Source: an uncultured bacterium
GTDB lineage: Bacteria; GCA-001730085
Direction of reading: 5' to 3'
DNA: 32,000 nt
Assembly (NCBI GenBank): GCA_964565945.1
Contig: CAZMGY010000012.1
Coordinates: 1 to 32,000, forward strand
A program made the translations under genes and the position numbers. The notes under the pieces were generated by a model that ran no database searches, was not told the DNA's origin, and saw only the letters and a program-made list of their open reading frames with translations. Shown piece after piece: positions 12,725 to 20,736 of this stretch. How positions within the stretch are numbered: position 1 is the first letter of the stretch; each line of letters starts with the position of its first letter.

Positions 12725-12760
12725 TTAGGACTCTAGCGATTTATATTGGAGAGATGTGCG

Positions 12761-13381
12761 ATGTCATTTTGGGATAAACTCACCTTAATGCTTTATGGGT
12801 GTGTGTCTTTAAGTTTTGGCGTTTTGGTTTGTGTGATTGAGTTTGGCGTGTTGCCGATAGAACAGGTTTGGCATTACATGAGCTTGATTCCCTTTTCTGG
12901 GACGATTTATTTGGGTCTTTTTTTTGGATCTGTGGCTATCTTTATAGGTATTTCCTTGTTTAATTTAGCTCTAGGGTGGCGTAAACAGTGCAAGTCGATA
13001 GATTTTCGCACCGAAAAGGGACATGTTACGATTGTCTTGTCGGCAATTGAAGAATACATCCATAAAACGACAAGCCATTTGGAGCAAATCCGTGATATTA
13101 AAAGCAAAGTGTCGGCGAAAGGTCGCGGGTTAAAGGTGGTTTCGAAGTTGGTTTTAAATAGTGATAGCAATGTGACCAACTTGGCCGATACCCTTCAAAA
13201 AGAAATTGAAGACAAGCTTATCAATATGATTGGCGTTGATATTCCTTTAACGGTTAATATCCATATCACCAAAATGGTTACCGATCTTAAAAAGACTTCT
13301 CATATCATCGAACCTGTTGATCCTGCTAAGCCTGAATCGAGCGAAGATCTCGAAGAAACTTTTCGTGGTATTGAATATTAA
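12761..13381 (+). CDS. Membrane-anchored Asp23/AmaP-like (alkaline-shock family) protein, tentative
   Basis: Two N-terminal hydrophobic segments. These are followed by GHVTIVLSAIEEYIHKTTSHLEQIRDIKSKV...LKVVSKLVL...LADTLQKEIEDKLINMIGVDIPLTVNIHITKM, which resembles the Asp23/DUF322 pattern. ATG 12761 lies 7 nt after GGAGAG and is preferred over TTG 12746. An Asp23-family gene after accBC is a known arrangement in Bacillus. Confidence 0.5.
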   Translation: MSFWDKLTLMLYGCVSLSFGVLVCVIEFGVLPIEQVWHYMSLIPFSGTIYLGLFFGSVAIFIGISLFNLALGWRKQCKSIDFRTEKGHVTIVLSAIEEYIHKTTSHLEQIRDIKSKVSAKGRGLKVVSKLVLNSDSNVTNLADTLQKEIEDKLINMIGVDIPLTVNIHITKMVTDLKKTSHIIEPVDPAKPESSEDLEETFRGIEY

Positions 13382-13440
13382 AAAGTTCCGCTAGGTTATT
13401 CATAACTCTAGGTGTGGTTTAAAAGAAAGGGGGATATCTT

Positions 13441-15651
13441 TTGTTGGAATCAGCGATTATGTCAGAAAATGAGGGTTTGTCTTCGGATGTTATTGATCGT
13501 TTAAACCCAAAGCAAAAACAAGCTGTGACACATGTGGGGGGGCCTTTGTTATTGGTAGCTGGGGCTGGTTCTGGTAAAACAATGGTGATCACCTGTCGAA
13601 TTGCTCACTTGATTCAATCTGGACAAGCTAAGCCTTGGGAAATCCTTGGTGTGACTTTCACCAATAAAGCAGCTGTCGAAATGAAGGACCGGGTGCGTCG
13701 CTTGACCGACCAAGATGTTTTGATCAGTACGTTTCACTCCTTGGGGGCTCGTATTTTAAGGCAACACGGAGATGTTTTGGATTTAAAAGAAGGTTTTGTG
13801 ATTTATGATGTGGCTGACCAGACCACCTTGGTCAAAGAATGTTTGAAAGTTTTGAATATGAGCACTGATAAGTTTAAGCCTTCGGCTGTGGTGGGTCAGC
13901 TTGGTCGATTAAAAGATGAGTTGATTGATCCTAAAACCTATGAAAACTTTGCCAGTGGTCCTTATGAAAAAATAATCTCTCAGCTGTATCACTTGTATGA
14001 GGAACGACTTAAAGAAAACAATGCCGTTGATTTTTCTGACTTGATTATGCGCACGGTCCAGCTTTTTGGGACCGATAAGAAATTACTCAATCATTATCAA
14101 GAACGATTTCGTTTTTTGCTTGTCGATGAGTATCAAGATACTAATTACGGCCAATATCAGTTAGTGAAATTATTGGCAGACAAACATCATAACGTGTGCG
14201 TGGTGGGAGATCCAGATCAATCAATTTACAGTTGGAGGGGGGCCGATATTCGCAATATTCTTAATTTTGAGCAAGACTATCCCCAAACCACGGTGATTAG
14301 TTTGGAAGAAAATTATCGTTCGACCCAAAATATTTTAGATGTGGCCAATCAGGTGATTGCCAATAACGTGAATCGAAAACCGAAAAATTTAAGAACCTCG
14401 CGAGGACCCGAAGAAAAAATTCGCTATTTTCAAGCCAGTGATGGTCGTGATGAGGCCGATTTTGTGGTGCAACAAATTTGTGAACAACGAGCTAGTGGCG
14501 TGGCGATGGCCGAAATGGCTGTTTTGTATCGGGTTCATGCCTTATCACGTTCCTTGGAGGAGGCGTTTATTCGTGAACAGGTGCCTTACAAAATCTTAGG
14601 AGGTGTTAAATTTTACGATCGTAAAGAAGTTAAAGATCTCTTGGCCTATTTACGCTTTATTGTGAATCCTGCTGATCGTATTTCGTTCAATCGTATTGTG
14701 AATGTTCCCAAAAGAGGAGTGGGGCCATCCACTGTGGCCAAAATTCAAGATTTTGCCTATGAAAAACAAATCTCATTTGCCGAAGCTTTGAATATGTGTG
14801 ATTCCATTCCTAGTTTAACCACACGCACGTTGAATAAAATCAGACCGTTTGTTTCGATGATTGCATCGTTTAGAAGAGATTTGGAGGTCAAAAATCCTGG
14901 TGAGATTTTACAAGATTTGGTTGACCACATTGAGTACTTAGATTATTTGAAGATGGACGATCCTGTCAGTTACACTACGCGTCACGATAACATCAAAGAG
15001 CTTTTCGCGGCCATGGCGGAATATGAGCAAAGAACGCCAGATGGCGATTTACAGGGATATTTGGAGGAAGTCGCCTTGTTGACCGACTTGCAAAATCAGC
15101 AAAGTCAAGATGAAGTTATCGTTCTTATGACTATTCATAATGCCAAAGGTCTCGAATATGATGTGTGTTTTTTGGTTGGATTCGAGGAAGGTCTTTTTCC
15201 TTATGGGGCAACGGATAAGTCCGAAGATGAGCTCGAAGAGGAACGTCGTCTGTGTTACGTTGGGATTACAAGGACCAAAAATCTTCTTTACATTACTTCG
15301 GCCATGCGAAGATTAATGTATGGGCGTTGGAAAAGTAGTATTGAGTCGCGATTTTTGTCCGAAATTCCCAAAGAGCTTTTGGCTTGTGTGGGTGGTTCGC
15401 GGTTGTTGTCTTATGATGATGCCATATCCTCGGGAAAGAGTGGGGATGATTTGTATCCTTTGGAGTCACAGGTAAGGCAAGTTAGCGAATTTTATGTTGG
15501 GCAACAGGTGTTTCATGAAACATGGGGTGAGGGTCAAGTAGTGGCCACTGAAGGTTCTGAGGAACATTTGCGATTAAAAGTTCGGTTTTCGGGAGGCCTT
15601 GGGGTTAAAAACTTGATGGCTAAATACGCAAATTTATCAACTTTTTCCTAG
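13441..15651 (+). CDS. pcrA: ATP-dependent DNA helicase, UvrD/PcrA (SF1A) family
   Basis: AGAGSGKT, TFTNKAAVEM, LLVDEYQDTN, VGDPDQSIYSWRGA, ENYRST, TIHNAKGLEYD and RRLCYVGITR. The TTG start lies 5 nt after GGGGGA. An alternative ATG is at 13459. Confidence 0.93.
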   Translation: MLESAIMSENEGLSSDVIDRLNPKQKQAVTHVGGPLLLVAGAGSGKTMVITCRIAHLIQSGQAKPWEILGVTFTNKAAVEMKDRVRRLTDQDVLISTFHSLGARILRQHGDVLDLKEGFVIYDVADQTTLVKECLKVLNMSTDKFKPSAVVGQLGRLKDELIDPKTYENFASGPYEKIISQLYHLYEERLKENNAVDFSDLIMRTVQLFGTDKKLLNHYQERFRFLLVDEYQDTNYGQYQLVKLLADKHHNVCVVGDPDQSIYSWRGADIRNILNFEQDYPQTTVISLEENYRSTQNILDVANQVIANNVNRKPKNLRTSRGPEEKIRYFQASDGRDEADFVVQQICEQRASGVAMAEMAVLYRVHALSRSLEEAFIREQVPYKILGGVKFYDRKEVKDLLAYLRFIVNPADRISFNRIVNVPKRGVGPSTVAKIQDFAYEKQISFAEALNMCDSIPSLTTRTLNKIRPFVSMIASFRRDLEVKNPGEILQDLVDHIEYLDYLKMDDPVSYTTRHDNIKELFAAMAEYEQRTPDGDLQGYLEEVALLTDLQNQQSQDEVIVLMTIHNAKGLEYDVCFLVGFEEGLFPYGATDKSEDELEEERRLCYVGITRTKNLLYITSAMRRLMYGRWKSSIESRFLSEIPKELLACVGGSRLLSYDDAISSGKSGDDLYPLESQVRQVSEFYVGQQVFHETWGEGQVVATEGSEEHLRLKVRFSGGLGVKNLMAKYANLSTFS

Positions 15652-15856
15652 AAAAAGAGAAAAAAAAGTGCTTTATTTTGAGATGGGCGATCAAAATATG
15701 TAATAAAATATTATGATTATAGGAGGATCAATGCTGCTTTAATTAATTTTATTATTGTTTAATGTGTTGACATTATTTTCTTTCATATGCTACATAATTA
15801 ACGAAGCTTATAACACAAGCGTTGTTAACGAAGTGATGGCGAAGGAGGTAATGATA

Positions 15857-16102
15857 ATGATACGCGGCTTATTCAGATTGATTATAGAATTGGTTGTTAT
15901 CGTTGCTGTTGCCACTTACTTTGATTTTGTTAAGCCTTATGATATTCAAAATTTTTTTGAGTCTGAAGATTACCGCGGGATGATCTTCTATTCTAAACAG
16001 AAAAAATATAATCAACGTAAGCGGCGAAGAGAGCAGCGTAACCCATCCTATAAAACTCAAACTAATTTTGAACGAAAGTTGAAAAATATTTTTCTTGGGT
16101 AA
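15857..16102 (+). CDS. Hypothetical small protein (81 aa): N-terminal TM helix, strongly basic C-terminus
   Basis: AAGGAGG (15842-15848) lies 8 nt upstream of ATG 15857. Sequence is MIRGLFRLIIELVVIVAVATYFDF...QKKYNQRKRRREQRNPSYK. I recognise no family. The ORF-track version starts at a TTG 34 codons upstream. Confidence 0.4.
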   Translation: MIRGLFRLIIELVVIVAVATYFDFVKPYDIQNFFESEDYRGMIFYSKQKKYNQRKRRREQRNPSYKTQTNFERKLKNIFLG

Positions 16103-16158
16103 GCCCTTTTCTGCGTAGCTATTTTCAATGATTTTTTTTGTGTTAAGGAGATAAACTA

Positions 16159-16187
16159 TTGCTATTCTTTAGAGAGTGGGTTAGCAT
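16159..16187 (+). promoter_or_regulatory. Candidate sigma70 promoter for tRNA-Ala
   Basis: TTGCTA (16159-16164), 17-nt spacer, TAGCAT (16182-16187). The hexamer ends 15 nt before the mature tRNA 5' end. Confidence 0.3.
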
Positions 16188-16202
16188 GGGGACTCATTTT
16201 TT

Positions 16203-16276
16203 GGGGCTGTGGCGCAGCTGGAAGCGCGTCTGAATGGCATTCAGAAGGTTCAGGGGTTCGAACCCCCTCAGCTCCA
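16203..16276 (+). tRNA. tRNA-Ala, anticodon GGC; CCA not encoded
   Basis: Manual cloverleaf. Acceptor GGGGCTG/CAGCTCC includes the alanine identity pair G3:U70. D arm GCGC-AGCTGGAA-GCGC. Anticodon arm TCTGA-AT[GGC]AT-TCAGA. T arm AGGGG-TTCGAAC-CCCCT. Discriminator A, then AAAA. The variable region is 6 nt in my fold. Confidence 0.9.
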
Positions 16277-16345
16277 AAAATACTTTTCAAATTTTAGAGT
16301 CTTTAGGCTATGATGAACGACATAGTCACATGAAGGATCGAAAAA

Positions 16346-17425
16346 ATGGATTTTAAACATTTATTGGAAACTATGGTTCAGAAAAAAGCATCAGATCTGT
16401 ACCTTTTGGTGAGTAATTCGGCTGTTTATCGGATTGAAGGACGCACAGCAACATTCGATATAGACTGTATATCTGCAGTATGGATGGACGAAGTGCTGCT
16501 AGAATTGTTGAGCGATCAGCAAAAGCAAAGTTTTGAAGTGCACAAAGAATTAAATTTTTCCTATATGTTAGTCGGGGAGCGTTTTCGTTGCAACTTGTAT
16601 ATTCAACGGGGCTTGAAGGCGATGGTGATTCGTCATGTGACATCCAATGTTCCGACGATCAGCTCTTTAGGTTTGCCAGAGATGGTTAATGAATTAGCAG
16701 ATCAAAAAAGTGGATTGGTGCTGGTTACGGGACCGACTGGCTCAGGTAAATCGACAACATTGGCTGCCATGCTTAATCATCGGGTGCAGAGGGGGTCAGG
16801 TCATGTTGTGACGATTGAGGATCCGATTGAATATTATTTTAACTCGGGGCAAATGTTAGTGTCGCAAAGAGAGATAGGTATTGATACGGAATCGTATCCG
16901 ACGGCGTTACGGAGCGCTTTAAGGCAGGCTCCCGACATTGTTTTAATTGGAGAGATGTTGGATCGCGAAACCGTTGAAATGACGATTAATTTTTCCGAGA
17001 CGGGTCACTTGGTGATGTCGACCTTGCATGCCACAAATGCGACACAAGCGATTCAAAGAATTTTGCAGTTTTTTGAAGAGGATGAGCAAGATTTAGTTTG
17101 TCTAAGATTGTCTTTGAATCTAAAGGGAGTGCTTAGCCAAAGGTTGTTGCCCAAAGAGAAGTGTACTGGTCGTGTGCTGGCATACGAATTGATGGTACTT
17201 TCGGCGCGCATCCGAGACTTGATTGTTCGAAGGGATTTGTTGAGTTTGAAAAAAGTGGTTCAGCAGGGGCAAAACGATGCTATGTTTACCCTGGATGAGT
17301 GTTTGCTTAAACTGTACCGCGAAGAATTAATATCGCGTAAGGTTGCTTTGAGTCATGCGGATAGTCCGAATAACTTGGAGTTGCGTATGAAAGGTTTTGA
17401 ATCAGGATCGATTTATAGTGGATAA
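16346..17425 (+). CDS. pilT: PilT/PilU-family type IV pilus retraction-type hexameric ATPase (orphan in this window)
   Basis: N-terminal KASDLYLLVSNSAVYRIEGR, Walker A GPTGSGKSTT, Asp box VVTIEDPIEY, Walker B PDIVLIGEMLD and His box TGHLVMSTLHATNA. 359 aa. Confidence 0.85.
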   Translation: MDFKHLLETMVQKKASDLYLLVSNSAVYRIEGRTATFDIDCISAVWMDEVLLELLSDQQKQSFEVHKELNFSYMLVGERFRCNLYIQRGLKAMVIRHVTSNVPTISSLGLPEMVNELADQKSGLVLVTGPTGSGKSTTLAAMLNHRVQRGSGHVVTIEDPIEYYFNSGQMLVSQREIGIDTESYPTALRSALRQAPDIVLIGEMLDRETVEMTINFSETGHLVMSTLHATNATQAIQRILQFFEEDEQDLVCLRLSLNLKGVLSQRLLPKEKCTGRVLAYELMVLSARIRDLIVRRDLLSLKKVVQQGQNDAMFTLDECLLKLYREELISRKVALSHADSPNNLELRMKGFESGSIYSG

Positions 17426-17442
17426 AAAGGAACATTAAAAAA

Positions 17443-17898
17443 ATGATAAGAGAATGTACTCAGGAAGATCAGTCAAAAATTTTAGAATTTATTCAAAACA
17501 TTAATCAAAAAGGATATTTTGACACAAATCGCCCCTTTCGATACGAAGATATTGAAGATATATCACAAACTTATGGAGGTTCAAGAGACGTTTTTTTATT
17601 GCTCGAAGATGAAGAGGGGGAATTGGTCGGTACGATTGCGCTTAAGGAAGATAGCGAGCAGGTTGGTTTGCTTCGGCGTTTGTTTGTTTGCCGTAACCAA
17701 CGTAAAAAAGGCTATGGTCTTCGTCTGATGAACTGCATCTTTGAAAAGGCACGTGACTATGGATATCAAACACTCAACTTTCGTTGTACAGATCAAATGA
17801 TTGCTGCAATTTCTTTAACCCTCAAAAAAGGTTTCTTCGAAAAAGAATCCCTTGATGTAGGGACTTGCTGTGTTGTTGTTCTAGAAAAAAAGCTTTAA
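17443..17898 (+). CDS. GNAT-family N-acetyltransferase
   Basis: Acetyl-CoA motif A: LRRLFVCRNQRKKGYGLRLM (Q/RxxGxG). 151 aa. Starts 17 nt after the pilT stop. Confidence 0.8.
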   Translation: MIRECTQEDQSKILEFIQNINQKGYFDTNRPFRYEDIEDISQTYGGSRDVFLLLEDEEGELVGTIALKEDSEQVGLLRRLFVCRNQRKKGYGLRLMNCIFEKARDYGYQTLNFRCTDQMIAAISLTLKKGFFEKESLDVGTCCVVVLEKKL

Positions 17899-17918
17899 AA
17901 GTTATTGAAGATTTTTTT

Positions 17919-17976
17919 GAGAGCTAACCCAGTAAATTGGGGGTTTACTGGGTGTACTGACGTACGCTTAGCTCTC
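17919..17976 (+). repeat. Nested inverted repeats predicting a Y-shaped (three-way junction) structure
   Basis: Outer 9-bp stem GAGAGCTAA (17919-17927) / TTAGCTCTC (17968-17976). It encloses a perfect 10-bp hairpin ACCCAGTAAA (17927-17936) / TTTACTGGGT (17944-17953) with loop TTGGGGG. It also encloses a short hairpin GTAC-TGAC-GTAC (17954-17965). Confidence 0.6.
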
Positions 17977-18129
17977 ATGTGTGCTTTGAGGGTTTAATCT
18001 TATGAAAAACAATCAAAAACTAAGATCAAACTCTCAAGCTTCCTTTCTAGGATATCATATTTCGCTTTTATTGTCAATTGAAAAATATTAGTTTTTATTA
18101 TTTTTTATGGGATGCTCGCAAATTTGTGC

Positions 18130-18158
18130 TTGACCTTTTTGAAATGTATTGATAGAAT
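18130..18158 (+). promoter_or_regulatory. Sigma70-type promoter (extended -10) for the nqr operon
   Basis: TTGACC (18130-18135), 17-nt spacer, TGaTAGAAT (18150-18158). Lies about 68 nt upstream of the nqrA ATG. Confidence 0.6.
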
Positions 18159-18225
18159 GTACGCTAATTATTTACATAAGATACTGTAAACAAATAACTT
18201 AGAAGAATCGAGGTTCGGTGTTCCA

Positions 18226-19578
18226 ATGGCACATTTTTCAATAAAAAAGGGAAGAAATCTCAAAATATTGGGTGGGGCAAAGCCGGATATTAAGGATCTG
18301 GGTACTCCTTCGTCTATTGCTGTGTATCCTTTGGAGTTTAAAGGTATTAAGCCGCGGGTGATCGTCAAGGAAGGAGATCAGGTTGAGCAGGGTCAAGCTA
18401 TCATTGAAGACAAAAATGATACTGGTGTTGTTGTTGTCGCTCCTCTTGGAGGGAAAATCCAGGCGATCAATAGGGGAGAAAAAAGATCCCTTATTAATGT
18501 TGTGATCTCGGTGGATGCTAAGGCATCCCGTGTGTCGCATCAGGTGCCCGATGAAAATGCTGATTGCGCACAATGGATTGAGGTCCTTAAAGCCTCGGGT
18601 TTGTGGACGATTATTCGTCAGCGGCCTTTTTCTAAAATTTTAGATTCTCAAGTTAAACCAAAATCAATCTTTGTAAAGGCGGTTAACACCGAACCTTTGG
18701 CTTTGGACTTAGATGTGGTTCTTGATGGACAAGACGAGGTGTTTCAAGCTGGTTTGCGGGTTTTACAAAAGTTAACGACGGGAGCTATTCATTTATGTTA
18801 TTCGAACGAAGCTAAATCGACAACACTTCTGAAAGCTGAGGGTGTTGAGCACCATACGTTTTCAGGGCCACATCCTTCTGGTAATGTGAGTGTTTTTGTT
18901 AAAAATATTGATCCGATTAACAAAGGTGAGGTGATTGGCTTTGTTGATGCTCAAGACGTGATCCGTTTAGGGCGTTTTGCTCAAGAAGGAACTTTTTCTT
19001 CTGATAAAGTTTTTGCTGTTGTAGGTGAAGGGGTGGATGACTCCAAACGTACTTATGTGAAAAGTACTGTTGGAGTGGCTCTTGTTGAGCTTTTGCAAGA
19101 TGCTAAGAAATCAGAGGTTCACGTGTATCTTTCGGGCAGTGTTTTAACTGGTTATCCCGTAGGTTATGAAGGCTATGCACGCTTCTATCATTCCCAAATT
19201 CACGTATTGCCCAATGAGCCCCAAAGAAAGTTGCTCCGATTCTTTAGAGCGGGCGTTGATGAGTACACCTTTTCTAAAACCTATGTCGGGGCTTTTCTTG
19301 GAAAGCAAAATCAAGAATCATCTTTAGATAGTTCCATTAATGGTAGTGATCGGGCTATTATTATTAATGATATCTATGACAAATATATTCCTTTGGACAT
19401 TTACACATATTTCTTGCTCAAAGCCATCTTTGCTGGTGAGTGGGATGAAGCCGAAAACTTGGGCTTGCTGGAATGTGACCCAGAAGATTTTGCTTTGGCT
19501 TCGTTTGCGTGCCCGTCCAAAACAGATATTGTGGGTATTATTTCACATGGTCTAGAAGTTATTGAAAGAGAGGGCTAA
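18226..19578 (+). CDS. nqrA: Na+-translocating NADH:quinone oxidoreductase subunit A
   Basis: NqrA-type N-terminus MAHFSIKKGRNLKILGGA. 450 aa. First gene of a colinear nqrA-F block. Confidence 0.9.
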   Translation: MAHFSIKKGRNLKILGGAKPDIKDLGTPSSIAVYPLEFKGIKPRVIVKEGDQVEQGQAIIEDKNDTGVVVVAPLGGKIQAINRGEKRSLINVVISVDAKASRVSHQVPDENADCAQWIEVLKASGLWTIIRQRPFSKILDSQVKPKSIFVKAVNTEPLALDLDVVLDGQDEVFQAGLRVLQKLTTGAIHLCYSNEAKSTTLLKAEGVEHHTFSGPHPSGNVSVFVKNIDPINKGEVIGFVDAQDVIRLGRFAQEGTFSSDKVFAVVGEGVDDSKRTYVKSTVGVALVELLQDAKKSEVHVYLSGSVLTGYPVGYEGYARFYHSQIHVLPNEPQRKLLRFFRAGVDEYTFSKTYVGAFLGKQNQESSLDSSINGSDRAIIINDIYDKYIPLDIYTYFLLKAIFAGEWDEAENLGLLECDPEDFALASFACPSKTDIVGIISHGLEVIEREG

Positions 19579-19581
19579 TTC

Positions 19582-20736
19582 ATGAAGTTTTTACAACAAC
19601 AGTTGGCCAAAATAGAAAAGCACTTCGAAAAAGGACGTCCTTTAGAACGGTTTCTTCCTTTATTTGAAGCGGTGGATACTTTTTTGTTAAGTCCACCACA
19701 CAAAGCTAAAACAGCACCTTTCGTGAGAGATGCTGTTGATTTGAAAAGAACGATGTCAATTGTGATTATGGCTCTTATTCCTTGTGTTTTAATGGCGATG
19801 TACAACACGGGCTTTCAAATGCTCACTTATTCGGGACAAAGTCCCGACCTATTCTCCTCATTGATAACTGGAGCGATCAAAATCTTGCCGATTATTTTCG
19901 TTTCCTATGCTGTGGGTGGTTTTGTAGAGATGATTTTTGCACTTGTACGTAAACATGAGATTAACGAAGGGTTTCTGGTCACAGGGATGCTGTTTCCACT
20001 CATTTTGCCTCCAACCATCCCTTTATGGCAGGTTGCTGTTGGGATTGCTTTTGGTGTGCTGATTGGTAAAGAGGTGTTTGGTGGAACGGGTATGAATATC
20101 CTTAATCCTGCTTTAACCGCCCGTGTTTTTCTTTTCTTTTCCTATCCTGGAAACATGTCGGGGGACAGCACGTGGTTGGCTGTCGATGGATTGAGCAAAG
20201 CGACACCTTTGTCGGTGATTGCTAATGCCGAAACGGGTACCACGGCTGTTGATGTTTTGCAGCAAGCTGGCTATACGTTTAGTGATATGTTGTTGGGATT
20301 GATTCCTGGATCTATTGGAGAGACCTCGGCTTTGGCATGTTTGTTGGGAGCAATCTTGCTGATTGTGACAGGGGTTGGAAGTGCGCGCATTATGTTTGGC
20401 TGCTTGTTTGGAACCCTTGCGATGAGTGCTTTTCTGATGTTGTTTGATGCTAGCAATCCGATGCTAACGATTCCTCCACACTTGCATCTAGTGATGGGTG
20501 GTTTTGCCTTTGGTATTATTTTTATGGCGACCGATCCTGTTTCTGCCTCGGCGACACCGTTGGGACGCTGGATTTATGGTATTTTGATTGGTATTTTGAT
20601 TGTGTTAATTCGTGCCGTTAATCCTGCTTACCCTGAAGGTGTTATGTTGGCGATTCTTTTTATGAATGTCTTTGCGCCACTGATTGATCACTACGTGGTG
20701 AAAGCGAATATATCAAGGAGGCTTAAACGTGTCTAA
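19582..20736 (+). CDS. nqrB: Na+-translocating NADH:quinone oxidoreductase subunit B
   Basis: Polytopic membrane protein with GMNILNPAL, the FMN-threonine region VDGLSKATPLS, and PEGVMLAILFMNVFAPLIDHY. Confidence 0.93.
   Translation: MKFLQQQLAKIEKHFEKGRPLERFLPLFEAVDTFLLSPPHKAKTAPFVRDAVDLKRTMSIVIMALIPCVLMAMYNTGFQMLTYSGQSPDLFSSLITGAIKILPIIFVSYAVGGFVEMIFALVRKHEINEGFLVTGMLFPLILPPTIPLWQVAVGIAFGVLIGKEVFGGTGMNILNPALTARVFLFFSYPGNMSGDSTWLAVDGLSKATPLSVIANAETGTTAVDVLQQAGYTFSDMLLGLIPGSIGETSALACLLGAILLIVTGVGSARIMFGCLFGTLAMSAFLMLFDASNPMLTIPPHLHLVMGGFAFGIIFMATDPVSASATPLGRWIYGILIGILIVLIRAVNPAYPEGVMLAILFMNVFAPLIDHYVVKANISRRLKRV

Noticed and set aside
15721-15742. AGGAGGA followed by a 3-codon mini-ORF (ATG CTG CTT TAA) as a possible leader peptide
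   Set aside because: The SD-to-ATG spacing is only 3 nt and the ORF is trivially short. It is most likely chance in an AT-rich spacer.
16203-17976. tRNA-anchored genomic island carrying pilT and the GNAT gene
   Set aside because: There is no integrase, recombinase or phage gene. I found no direct repeat of the tRNA 3' end downstream. The composition looks the same as the flanking genes by eye.
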